Below, piece after piece: positions 1-11,971 of a stretch of 38,633 bases of DNA. The notes under the pieces were generated by a model, which saw nothing but the letters and a program-made list of their open reading frames with translations, was not told the origin of the DNA and did no database searches. This DNA comes from Paraspadella gotoi (taxonomy: Eukaryota; Animalia; Chaetognatha). A program made the translations under genes and the position numbers. Position 1 is the first letter of the stretch, and each line of letters starts with the position of its first letter. The stretch covers positions 2,441 to 41,073 of the forward strand of contig JBJCIZ010000089.1 of NCBI GenBank assembly GCA_051294375.1, read 5' to 3'.

Positions 1-360
1 TTTAATTACATTCAATTACATTGATTAATCCGGATCATTTTTAATTACTTTCAATTACATTGATTAATCCAGATCATTTTAATTACATTTGATTACATTG
101 AGTAATCCAGATCATTTTAATTACATTCGATTACATTTGATTAATCCGGATCATTTTAATTGCATTCAATTACATTGAGTAATCCAGATCATTTTAATTA
201 CATTCGATTGCACTTAATTATATTCAATTACACTGATTACCCAGATCATTTTAATTACGTTCGATTACATTTGATTAATCCGGACCTTTTTAATTACATT
301 CGATTGCCTTAATTACATTCAACTACAATTGATAAACTTTGATTACCTCTGATTACACCT
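1..360. repeat. Minisatellite, ~39-40 bp unit (TTAATTACATTCAATTACATTGATTAATCCGGATCATT), truncated by the window edge
   Basis: Unit visibly repeats at 1, 41, 80, 119 and onward, built from ATTACATT sub-repeats and decaying towards 360. Confidence 0.9.
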
Positions 361-529
361 TTACTAAGGCGTAGTGAAAGTTACATACGAAAATTCTAAA
401 AGTCAATTATGAACAACATACCATCAGTGAACATTAATTTGTAAAAAGAATTAATTTTATGTTTTTTAATTTTCGCAGTAGGCTATATTTATATATAGTA
501 CTATCCTTATATTACAAAAAATGTAATTA

Positions 530-825
530 TTTTCTCTCCATCTGTCTCTCTCAATTTTCACCATTCATATATTTCAACCACTTTCCTCTTCTTCTCTCCC
601 CTTACCTTCACCTGTCCTCAATCTGACCACTGTCCTTTTCTCACTCTGTGTTGGAAGCTTTACTTTTCTCTCTCTCTCTCTCTCTCTCTCTAACTCAATG
701 TTAAAGAGAAAAAATTGTTATTGAGACAAACGCTGATGAAGGCTTAAAGCAAGAGCCAAAACATGTCCAATGTAAATAAAAATCGTTGTCAAACAAACAA
801 ACTTTGTTTTCTCTAAGTACTATCC
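530..825 (+). mobile_element. Penelope-like element 3'/pseudo-LTR remnant
   Basis: CT-rich leader with CACCTGTCCTCA..CTGACCACTGTCC..TGTTGGAA, then a hammerhead motif, then AATAAA..ATCGTTG. Same layout as the 3' end of the GIY-YIG element at 23077-24367. Confidence 0.7.
729..771 (+). ncRNA. Minimal type I hammerhead ribozyme, degenerate (G12>A)
   Basis: CTGATGA(733-739)-A-GGCT..AGCC-AAAA-CATG-TC, with palindromic ACATGT stem III. Confidence 0.7.
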
Positions 826-1399
826 TTATAAAATCGAAACATTTCAAAATAGGCTTTTCTTAATTTTTGATTGCAGATTTTGAATTCCTCGTCAAAGTTT
901 GATAAAAGAAAATATAGTTCATTTTTAAAAATTCTTTCATTAAGTGTGCGGGTTAAAAATTAAAAAAACTATATTTACTATAATAAAAAGTTAATTTTCA
1001 GCTTTAAAATATAGCTTTTTCTAATTTTATGACCACTTAATGAAGGAATTTTTTCACAAACAAAAAAAAAAAAGAGTTAATTATTTCTTTCTATCAACTT
1101 TTTAATGACGAATCCAATCTGCAAAAAAAATCTTAGAAAAAATCTGTTTCTGAAATTTTAACATTTAAGTTGTGTTTAGTACTGTATAAATAATGTACTG
1201 GACTGGCGTAAGATTTACTAAATTTTATTGATAAGGAGTTTTTTTTAGTATACATAAATGTTCATAAGTTATAATGTATTTAGTATCGTCTCCTCAATCT
1301 TTTTAGCGATTTTAATTAAGAGTGAAACTTCAGGAATTTTTGACTCACAGCTCTTAATCTTTCGTTTAAATTATTTCACCTTAGATCAAAACGTAGTTG

Positions 1400-2010
1400 G
1401 TTGTCGTTACAATCCGTATTATCCTGTCTCCTTATTCCCCTGTACCCCCTACCTCATGCCACGGCCATGCTTTTTTTCTTTTTCTGCCCGTCCTCCTTCC
1501 CGCGTATATTATTTTTTTTTTCTCTTCCCAAATTCGGCCAAACATGACAGTACCGGTCCCAAACCCTTCTCCTTTCTCCGCCGCTGCTCCCCATGCACAC
1601 ACCAACGCACAGTTTAGGGGCCCACGCGACACAACACACACCACCACGCCATGTCGCACACCCGCGCCCAATTCGGGGCCGTCCCAGGCGTGACTCCGCC
1701 ATCTCCGGGCACAAGAAGGGGGCGAACCAACGAACGAAACCAGCTCGGAGCGTCGAGTCGTGTGTCTCGTCAGCCACGCAATTCATCCTTCTTCCATTGC
1801 AAGGGATCGAGGCTCACCCTTTACTTCCTTTTTACTACTTTTTGCTTCTTTTCTCTACTCCTCCGTTTTTCCCCAGGATTTTTGCTACTGTTTTTGATGT
1901 CTTTTTCGCCTTTTAGTAGTACAGATACTCTCCCACATTTCTGCTTTCTTCTTTTACGACTTTGTTAGTTAGCCCGAGATACCACCCATCCAGATAGAGG
2001 CCAGAGATAT
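1400..2010. mobile_element. GC-rich island, possibly a solo LTR or other retroelement fragment
   Basis: Abrupt composition shift starting near TGTCGTTACA (1402). No TSD, CA terminus or second copy could be confirmed. Confidence 0.25.
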
Positions 2011-3461
2011 AATATTAAAAATAATATGAGTTGTCCTCTTGATCAAAAAGAGGTGAAAACAGTTGGAGACAACCTCTTTTGGAAGTATTTGAATGCATTA
2101 AATAATTTTATGCTGTTGAGAAATAATCTTTTTATTCAGTCCTAGGGAGGTCATATTACATATTAAAACCTATTTACCGGACAAAAAATATATTTGACAA
2201 TGAAATTAATCGACTTTTCCAAACCGCGACAATTTTTTTTCCATTGTGGTATAAGCAGATTCCGACTCTATAATCCACTTTGTATTAACCAACTGCAAAG
2301 CCCCTGTTAAACCAAACTGTGTCTTATGTGCAAAATAAAGGGTCAGCTAAAGCACGGTCCGTCGTCGCAGTTAATCAGGTCCGATCCCAAAATCGAGAAA
2401 TGGAAGCCACTCGAAGATTTTCTCCACTTTGTGCGAAGGAACAATTCCTCTTTTTTTTTGTGCGAGTATTCATGCCAAAGACTTGTCCGCCGCCACGGTA
2501 TTCGGAGGCAAAGGAGGCGGCACCAACATGAATTCGATCGCCAACCTGATTTTAAAATAAATGATTAAATAAGTGAATGAATGAATTAAAATCAAATAGT
2601 GTGAAAGATTTAACACCTCAGTCATAAGGACATTTAGTAGAATTTTCTGGTCACTTTATCATCTTCCTCACATTTGGTCGTGGTTTGTTGAATCCACTCC
2701 TGTCACCACATTTAAGTAAGTAGACAGGGATTTCAACATGAAACCGAAAGTGGATTTTATTCCCGGAAAGGCACAAGCAAAGACGGTGTCCGAATTTGAG
2801 ACATGGATTCAATACAAAATAGTCAAGTACTATCTAGGAAAAAAGTATATATCATTTTTAATAAAGGATATCTGGTCGAAAACTTGTTTAATTTAAAAAA
2901 AATTTTATTTTTCCGGATCTACATTGAATTTTTTTTCAGTAGCTTCCTTCCATTTTTTTGTAGGTTAAATAGTTTAGAAGTTACAGGCCAAAAAATATGG
3001 GTACTTCAAATAAAAAATGGTAAAAAAAATCATATTTAGTTTTCCTCCATTTTTAATATTTAGTTATTTTTATTACGAATAAAGTTAGTGATTTTTTTAA
3101 TTTGGCAATGCTAAAGGCTTTGCACTTCTTTTTTGTTCAAAAAAGTATTATTATACCTTTTAGAAAAGAGGGAAAGATGTGGAAAAACATTTTACTGTCA
3201 TACCTCAATTTGCTGTATGAGAGCATGCCCAAATGAATGCAGGCAGTAATCGATGCCGAGGAAGAGAAAACCAAATATTGAGAATTTATACCCAGTTGGT
3301 CACGAAAATGTGGTCACTCGGGAAGCCGACTTCTGATCACCCTCTCTTTATTGGTCAGTGCCCGCGCTATCCTCTTCAGTCCTGTACGTTAACTGTCTCT
3401 CTGTTACGTTTTGCCAATAGATAATTATTGGTGGGTCTGTGTATTCCATCCCTACCCAGCC

Positions 3462-3995
3462 ACGGGATTCCTCCAACTGAGATTTCCTCACATACGGGAT
3501 TCCTCCACGCGGATTTCCTCCCCATGGGATTCCTCCCACACGGGATTCCTCCCACACGGGATTCTCCCCGCGTTCGAATATGCCATCCCACAGGCGCTGA
3601 CCCACACGGAATTTCCTCCCAAGGAATTCCCTCCCACACGGATTCCTCCCCCATGGGAAATTCCTCCCCATAGAATTCCTCCCACGGATTCCCCCGGGAT
3701 TCTCCAAAAGATTCCTCCCACACGCGAAAAAAATTCTCCCCTTCCCCCTAACAACGGGATTCCTCCCAGCGGGATTCCTCCCACACGGGATTCCTCCACA
3801 GGGATTCCTCCCACGCGGGATTCCTCCCACGGATTCTCCCACGCGGGATTCCTCCCACACGGGATTCCTCCCACACGGGATTCCCTCCCACGCGGGATGT
3901 CCTCCCACGCAGGATTCCTCCCACGCGGGATTCTCCACACGGGATTCCTCCCACACGGGATTCCTCCACGCGGGATTCCTCCCACACGGGATTCC
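3462..3995 (+). repeat. 16-17 bp minisatellite array (GGGATTCCTCCCACAC), C-rich orientation, left half of an interrupted array
   Basis: Direct reading; the array stops abruptly at TAGGG (3996). Confidence 0.95.
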
Positions 3996-4912
3996 TAGGG
4001 TCAGGCTGCCAAAAATTTCAAAATTCATAGTAGGCTTCCAATTTTTCACATTCCGGCACCATATGTGGGGGGTATAAAAAAGTATGTTTGCAAACTCTCA
4101 TCGAATTTGCTTTCAACACCCCTTAGCAACTACCCTTGCTTAAAAGGATTTTTGGCACAACCTTTGACTAAAAATTAATGTTTAAAAAATTGACTTGTTT
4201 CGCGCGTCCACTCAACTTTATTAGCTGTGGAACTCACAAAGATGTATTTCAGCGTCAATTTGAAGTGCTTCTTTCATCCAAGCCTTTCACAACTGCTCCA
4301 CAGCAATGCTGTGAGGATGTGGAGTTGATAGACATCATTGCTTATAATTCCTAAGCCATTCAGGGTAGTAATCTTACTTTGACATAGTTTTACAACTAAT
4401 ATGTTTACTCTATATAAATCAACAAACATTTGATTTTTATTTTAGTGGTGTGGTTACATCCTGGAGGATTACTTTCTGTTCTTTTTTTTATTTTAATTCA
4501 TAAAATTTTTATTTTAAATTACATTTTTGGTAATTTATATTACAGGCTGATGTAAGATGATACAAAAATTGGTCAGATCCAAAAAAATTGGCATGAATTA
4601 AGCCTAAGATTTCAAGAGAGCCTCTCTTGAAGGAATCTGGGAGCACACTCAACCCCCTTTAACTAGTAAAGATACTTTATTTTTTAAAATATAAAATGCT
4701 TTGTTTGGTTAAATTTAAATGACCAAAAATTAATGCTTCAAGTTTTAATTACAACTTAATACCATTAAAAACTAGCGAAAAATTTTGAATACTGCATTAT
4801 GCAAAGTGGATTTTGTATCGTATTTGCTTCCACTAAGAGAATTGGTTGAAGAACAATAAACAAAAGGGGACAAATTGTATAATGTATTTGAAAGAAAATC
4901 TTATTTAAATTA
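3996..4912 (+). repeat. Left terminal inverted repeat (~920 bp)
   Basis: For example ATTTCAAGAGAGCCTCTCTTGAAGGA at ~4610 matches its reverse complement at ~9895 and ~16160; collinear throughout. Confidence 0.9.
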
Positions 4913-5269
4913 ACCGGAAGATCTTATAACTATGACAATTGACGAGACAACAACGACAACAGTAGGGATTTAATGAATTTCAGTGGTAAGGAATCTTTGT
5001 GACTAAGGTCATGTAAATGACATATCAATTCGAGTTTACCGATTAAATATATTATTATTATTTGCACAATATATATATATATATTTTTTATATAACATTA
5101 AATGAATTAATATGATTGGTTCAATAAAATTCCTAAAGGAAAATGGCAACAGCAACCACGGAGTGAAATTAATAATTGAAACATCTACAAATGCTTAATA
5201 TTATTGGATATAGTCAAGTAAATAAGAATAAGGCAAAAAAATGGAAAAAGAGGACAACAATAGCAATAA

Positions 5270-5793
5270 TTAAAATCTTAAAAGAATAGGATTGAGCCTA
5301 CCTTCAATGATAACCAAATATTGATGCGGATGATACACAAATATTGATTTTTGCGATAATAACCCAAAAATAATCACAATTTTTTAAAAAAACGAGACGA
5401 TCACGCAAGAGATCGTACAGAGAAGAGTGAGGATTAGAGAGAGCAGAGAGAGACAGAGAGATGAGGACACCAGACAGAGAGAGACAGAGAGCGAGAGAGA
5501 CCGGCAAACAAATATTTAGAACGTTAGGAAATAAAATTGTTTTGTTAGAGTGTGATTAAGTAGATCAATAACTTTTTTTAAATTAAATAAGAGAATTTTC
5601 AATAATATGGTCAAAAATTTATAAATCCTATTAACAATATAAGTGAAAAATACTCAGTTAAAACGACTATTTTCAGAATAAAAGCGCAGTAGTTTTTATA
5701 CAAAAAAGCGTGACGACCGACGCACGACGCCGACGACGACGACGTCACAAGAAGCTGACCTGAATCATATCGAGCCGGAAGGCTCGATAAAAT
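5270..5793 (-). mobile_element. Helentron-associated (HINE/DINE-1/pearl-like) non-autonomous element; second copy of the hairpin end at ~12380-12470
   Basis: Minus strand reads TTTT, hairpin TATCGAGCC-4nt-GGCTCGATA (5768-5789), then a (GTC)n microsatellite. A partial subTIR ATTGAGCC at 5291 lies beside an imperfect palindrome. Left boundary tentative. Confidence 0.5.
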
Positions 5794-5904
5794 TATAACA
5801 TACAACAATTTGTAATTTAATTATTAGAATTTAAAGTTGTTAAGTTTCAAGGGAATATTATTTGTGAATGCTTTCCTTTCCTTGAGTTGTGAAATTAGTT
5901 TGAA

Positions 5905-6095
5905 AGAAGAAAATTTTGGTTTTGTGTTAAAAACAACGATTTTAAAATAGAACAATTAATGTACATGTTTAGACTTATTTGTAAGTCTTCTTCAGCGCGA
6001 ATTAAATGATTTAGTTGTTTTTAACGTGAAAAAGAGAGAGAGGAGAGAGAGAGAGAAGAGGGGTTTCCAACAGAAGAATTTGAAAAGGACAGTGC
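5905..6095 (-). mobile_element. Penelope-like remnant with hammerhead motif at 5959-5998 (G12>T); duplicate at ~12570-12780
   Basis: Minus strand: CACTGTCCTTTT..TGTTGGAAAC..CT-rich..GCG-CTGAAGA-A-GACTTA-CAAA-TAAGTC-TAAA-CATG-TA..AAAATCGTTG. Confidence 0.7.
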
Positions 6096-6354
6096 TTGTT
6101 AAATATTTTCGCCGTGTTTCACGTTTTCCCAAAATCGTTGCTTTTGCCTAAAATGTTTGATATAATCTGAGGTGAAGAAACTTACCTTTTGTGAGAGAAA
6201 GTAAGAATTATATTAGTAGTTCTCACGCTTTTACGAAGCGTGAAGCAGGTTTGTTTTAATTGTTTTCTTTTACTTGATTTATTTTGTATTAAGGTTTTTA
6301 TTAAAAATTTTTCCCCCCCCGTTTTAAAAATATTATCTTTTTAAATAGTTTCCA

Positions 6355-6475
6355 AAGGCCGTTCCATGCGTATCTATGTCCGTTCAATGCAGTTCAAATG
6401 TCTTTTCTAATGCCGTTCAATGTCTGTTTCTCTGCCGTTCAATGCCGTTTCCAATGCCCTCTTCAATGCCGTTGG
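6355..6475 (+). repeat. Degenerate 11-12 bp repeat (AATGCCGTTC); duplicate at ~13030-13146
   Basis: ATGCCGTTC-like units recur about nine times. Confidence 0.7.
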
Positions 6476-9124
6476 TATCTCATTGATTCTACATTGGGTT
6501 GATTAACAATTGTAAATTACAAGCGCTTTCACTGCACACGATACTCGTCGCTTTATTAGTCATGCTTTTATCGAGAACTCTACAGTGCTTGTTTGAGGAC
6601 AGATTAGCATTGAGGACAATAGAGTGAAGGGAGAGTGGAAGTTGACAATGCAATGGAAATGTACATCGGGCCATGAACACTTTTTTAAAAATTAAGTTTT
6701 CCTAAAAGATTCGACATTGTTATTAAGCCGCAAGCTTTTAATCCAGAGAGCATAGTCGATAAAATATCTTAGAAACACTTTTCATGCTAAATGTGATATT
6801 GATGTTGTCGAATAATTCTACCATGATTTGGACAGTAGTAATAAATTTTCTTTTTTAACTATTTTTTTTAGCAGTGCAAATAGATATAATCGTAGTGGAC
6901 GTTGTCGTACAATTTTTCTGTTGAAACTTTATTAAATATATATATAAAATTATCTTTATCTTATCACAGAAGAAAATGGTACTGTATTGCTAAATCAAAT
7001 TTAAATACTTTTTTTTTTAGAATTAATCCATATAATTTTGATAATAAAGGTTTTGAGTTGCCTTTTTGTTTCAACGTTTGACATTTGGTGTCAGCAAGTG
7101 ATCTGGGCATTGGGCAAGCTATACAACTCCCGCTCTTTTAAGTATTTTTAAACAATTAATATTAACGTTTTAGGCAATGTCAGTTGAAAGAAGTGCTTGT
7201 ATACAAAACTTAAAGAAAAAACAATTTTAAATGGGCTTAAACTAAAGGAAGGTTTATGTATTTATTATAGTTTCAATCATGTTTTATTTCTGTTTGTTAC
7301 TAAAAATTATTTATAATGTTTTTTTCATAAAAGGTATTGAAGATGCGAAATAAACGACTTTTCGTCTCTTCTCCTCATTACGATAAGTGATCTTTTTTAT
7401 CCGGGATTGCATATGCTACAGTGCGAACGATTCCGGAGTCTGAAGCTGACGATCATTCTCAGACGTTTTAAGAGTATTCGGTCACGCGGAGCTTATGTGA
7501 GTGTATCGTGACCCAATCTTGTCGGGCTTTCATTTATAGAACATCAAAATTATGATAGCGAATCTTCAGTAGGCCAGTATGGTAGGCATATAAATGGTTT
7601 TGGTGTGTTGATATCTGAGCTTCAACACGGAAGCTTCTCGTATTCAGATATCAATTTGCTGTGCATAGGTAAAACGCGTGTCGGAAACTCGATGTACCTC
7701 CGGCTTTAGTGACTGACATAGCGTCACTTGCTTCATGCGAGTTGCGAGAAGTGAACGCTATGCGGAGTACGTGATGAAGATCCGTATAGCAGGCAACAGA
7801 AAGAGTTATGATGTCGTCCGTGCCGCGTTTGGTCTGCTCCATCCTGTTCGTGTATCATTGATCGCATTCCCAGTCCGTGAATGATGAAATAAAAACGACA
7901 CAGACTATAGGACTGTCTGGTGTAGTGTTGTATGATAGATCTGAGATTAGGTAATAGAGAGAAAATTGTTGTCTGTTATATGTGAGGTAGGAAAGGGTAA
8001 TATCGTTGAGCATATCGGCGTAGCTCAGACGTTAGTATTGTCTTTGGCATGGTAGGTGAGATATTAAGTTTGACAGACGTGCAGCATCTGAGAGTGATGT
8101 TGATCGATGCTTCTGGACTAGTACGGCCATATCGAGGATTGCATCAGTGATACAGCTGTGAATAAGCGAGCTCGAGCTGAGAGAAACACCACGTTCACGT
8201 AATGTTCGAGTCGTTGCCATCCTATTATTTTCACACTTATGACGAAAATAGTGGTGATTTCAGTGGTATGGTTTGTGATATTATTTATGTGGAATAATAA
8301 AATACCGTGACCATTATACCGAATGAGACTTGCAGTGTGAGGTCGACGTATAGTACCTATCTGAAGAACATAGTATAGTATGAGATTTCATGCTACGACT
8401 GCTCGAGACTTACTCTATTTACGTCATGATAGTATACGGCGCGCATGCCACCAGGCCCAGCAGCCTTCACTGGAGCAGGCATCGCCCGCACATATACAAT
8501 CATCACTCACGTACTAAAGCATAGTAACGATCTACGATCATGTTGAATAATGTTTTTGATAGTGGCTGTTTTATCTTTACTAGCAGGCCTCGATGTGATA
8601 GCTACTTGGGAAGAGTGATAAGCAGAGTGTCATACACATGATATGAGGATTTTAGGAGTGAATTTTAACATTAGTCGTACTGGCTCGCGTGTCGATGATC
8701 GAGATGCCAGTAGAGTGAGCGAGCATATGAGATCATTTCGTGATGTCAGTATCTAGCTTGAATTGAATCTTTTATAGAGAGAGTCTGGTGGCGACAGAGT
8801 TCTCGCGCCAGTAGTAGCATCGCGAATAGACGTGCTCATATACTGTTTCATGCACTGTATGCAGATAGCTATAGAGATTGAGATAGAGAGTATAGCGCAT
8901 TGTTGAATACTTAGTAGTTAAATAAGGTTAGCAGGCGTCATTACCATTGCAGTGTGTAAGTCTTGCTGAGTGACTCAGTGGATTGTACGATATCAGTGTT
9001 AGACCGTAATCTGCGCGGAATCTGACAGAGCGTAATCCGAGCTCATAAGTGAGGTGTGAATTCGTAGTTCGATGTCGACAGGTAAGTGCACGCGAGCATT
9101 AGAGTTTTACGCCAAACTTGTATC

Positions 9125-9565
9125 TGTTTCTTTTTTCCCCTTTTTCTGTCTCTCTTTTCATTCTTTCTGTCTGTTCTTCTTCCACTTCTTCTTGGCTGTT
9201 TCTTCTTTCGTTCTTTTTCTCTTTTTTCTCTTTCTTTCTGGTTTTCTTTTTCTCTCTTCTTTCTCGTTTTCTCTTCCTTCTTTTTCTTCTCGTTTCTTTT
9301 CTCTCTTTCTTCTCTTTTCCTTTTCTCTCTTTCTTTCGTTTTTTTCCCGGTCTCGTTTCTTTTCTCTCTTCTCCGTTTCTTTCTCTCTTTTTCTCGTTTC
9401 TTTTTCTCTCTCTTTACTTCGTTATCTCTTTTCTCTCTTTTTTCCTTTTTCCTCTTCTCTCACTCGTCTCTTTCTCTTCTTCTTTTCTTTCTTTCTTTTC
9501 TTCTCTTCTTGTTTCTTTCTTTCTTTCTTTCTATTCTTTCTTCTTTTCGTCAGTCGTTTTCCCTT
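9125..9565 (+). repeat. Polypyrimidine (CT-rich) low-complexity tract
   Basis: Almost purely C/T for ~440 bp, just inside the right TIR. Confidence 0.95.
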
Positions 9566-9621
9566 ATAAAAGTTCATATCATCTTCTTACATTATGAGCA
9601 CTGTTAATTTGAGATCCAGTG

Positions 9622-10504
9622 TAATTTAAATAAGAATTTCCTTCAAACTGTACATTTGTTCCCCGCTTTTTATTGTTCCTCAACATTCCAGGAAGCAAAA
9701 TACGATACCAATCCACTTTGCATAATCGCAGTAATTCAAAATTTTCTCTAGATTGTTAATAGTATTTTAAAGTGTATTAAAACTTTTAAGCATAATTTTT
9801 AGGTCATTAAAATTTTAACCAAACAAGCATTTTATAATTTTAAAAGAATAAAGTATCTTTACTCAGTAAAGGGGTGTTGAGTGGCTCCCAGATCCTTCAA
9901 GAGAGGCTCTCTTGAAATCTATGTATAATTCATCATCTTTTAGGTGCTGAATTTTTTGACTTACAATTCTTCAATCAGCCTGTATGTAAATTAGTCCAAA
10001 CAATGTAATTTTAAAATAGTAATTTTATGAATAAAAATAAAAAAAGGAAGCAGAATTATCCTCCAGGATTGTAACCACACCACTAATTAAAATCAAATGT
10101 TGTTGATTTAAATATAGAGGAACATATTAGTTCGTTAAAACTATGTCAAGTAAGAGATCTACCCTGAATGGTTAGGAATTAAGCAATGAATGTTATCAAC
10201 TCACATCCTCCAGCAGCTGGGACCGTGGAGGTGCTGGATGAAAGAATCACTTCAAATTGGACGTGCAAATATATTTGATGTACGTCCTCAAAATCTAAAA
10301 AGTGAGTACCGCTAAACAATTATATTTTCAAACAATTAATTTTTTAGTCAAAGGTGTGCCAAAAATCCTTTAAGCAAGCGGTAAGTGCTAAGGGGTGTTG
10401 AAGCAAATTCCGATGAGATTTTGGGCAAACATACTTTTTATACCCCCACATATTGTGCGGATGATAAATGAGCTACTATGATTTTGGAATTTTTGGCCAC
10501 CCTA
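9622..10504 (-). repeat. Right terminal inverted repeat, copy 1
   Basis: Reverse complement of 3996-4912; ends TTTTGGCCACCCTA. Confidence 0.85.
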
Positions 10505-11060
10505 AGGGAGGGACCCATGTTGATGCACAAAGGCGGTTAGGTTGAGGTACGGAGATTGTCGAGGCCGGGCCCGGGTTAGGGTTAGGGGAGAGGCATGGAG
10601 TTGAACGGGGGAGGGCTTGGTTAGGGTAGGGTTGGGGGAGGGACCCATGGGTTGAATGCATCGAAGGCGGTTAGGGTGAGGGTTGAGGCCAGGAAGATGT
10701 ACGGCGAGGCCGGGCCTGGGTTAAGGGTTAGGGGGAGGCATGGAGTGAATGGGGAAGGCCTTAGTTTAGGGTCAGGGTTGGGGGAGGGGCCGTGGTTGAT
10801 GCATCAAAGGCAGTTAGGTTGGGCACGGAGATGTACGGGAGGCCCGGCCCTGGGTTAGGGTTAGGGAGAGGCACAGAGTTGACTGAGGCTTATGGTTTTA
10901 GGGTTAGGGTTGGGGGAGGGTATCGTGGTTGATGCTCAAAGGACGGTAGGTTAGGGTGAGGCCATGAGAGAATGTACGGGAGGCCCAGGCCCGGCTTAGG
11001 GTTAGGGGAGAGGCACAGAGTTGAAACGGAGGTTTGGTTTAGGTTAGGGTTGGGAGAGAG
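10505..11060 (+). repeat. G-rich satellite, ~4 units of ~130-150 bp with embedded TTAGGG repeats
   Basis: GGGAGGG..GTTGATGC..GGCCCGG..GGTTAGGGTTAGGGGAGAGGCA recurs at ~10506, 10636, 10783 and 10914. Confidence 0.85.
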
Positions 11061-11114
11061 ACTGTAGTGATGTTCATCCCCGGTGTTAGCTGCGCTTTCA
11101 TTATATTCGCACTT

Positions 11115-11208
11115 TTATCATGGCGCAGGTCGCCATGGGGGGACTGGCGACATCGCCAAAGCCCTGGGCGATACGCCATGGCGAAGTCGCCAACCAACTA
11201 GAACCCTG
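11115..11208 (-). mobile_element. Single hAT-like transposon end
   Basis: Terminus reads CAGGGTTCTAGTTGGTTGGCGAC on the minus strand, with clustered subterminal TCGCCA/TGGCGA motifs in both orientations. No partner end seen. Confidence 0.45.
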
Positions 11209-11946
11209 GCAATCACACAGCATTATTAATTTTAGAGAAATTTATTAAGGTTTTTGTAATAATTTGTAAATTGTAAAAATAATTTTAGAAAGTAAGTTAA
11301 ATAATTAGTTAAAGAAAAGTTAAATAATTAATGGTAGTTAAATGTAAAGTTAACATTAAGTTTAATTAGTAAAAGTTAAAAAATAAGTTAAAATCAAAGA
11401 GTTAAATAATTTAAAATAAGTTAAATAAGTTGATTAATAATATTGTTGATGGTTATTATTATTATTATTATATTTAGGTAATTTCGTTATTTTTTCCTTA
11501 TTATTTTCTAGAAACAAAATGTATAAATCTTTGTTTGAAAATAGATTTAACATCAGTAATATTATATTATTTTATTAGTTCTTATATTACTGAAAAATTT
11601 AATTCCATTTTTTTTAAGTCCTTAAATAAATAGCCCTGACTTTGTAAGTTTTTTGCTTAAATTTATTGAGCTCTCGATGAAAAATCTGTAAATGTCGGAA
11701 CATATTCTTGCTATCTGATTAATTGGCTATAAATACACCTAGTGCCCCTTCTTTTTTAGGAAATCACTGTCCGATATGGGTAAATAACTACTTCAGAAGA
11801 AGGAATCCCTTTTATCATAGACAGAAAGAGTAAGAATTTTTGTTTTCTGATTAATGTTAATGTCTATTAAATCGTACATTTTAATACATGTGCTATTAGA
11901 TTTAATTACAGTAAGTCTGCTGGATATATGTTGGCAAGATGTATTT

Positions 11947-11971
11947 NNNNNNNNNNNNNNNNNNNNNNNNN
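11947..11971. other. Assembly gap (25 N)
   Basis: Run of 25 N, followed almost immediately by a re-start of sequence from ~5321. Confidence 1.

Noticed and set aside
3462-3995. CRISPR-like appearance of the 17-bp, 18-bp and 39-bp arrays
   Set aside because: The units are head-to-tail and degenerate with no unique spacers, there are no cas genes, and the context is eukaryotic.
4200-4670. Exon-like segments within the TIR
   Set aside because: Only short frames, no recognisable domain, and inconsistent among the three copies.
10505-11060. True telomere
   Set aside because: At most two or three consecutive TTAGGG within longer units, and the position is internal.
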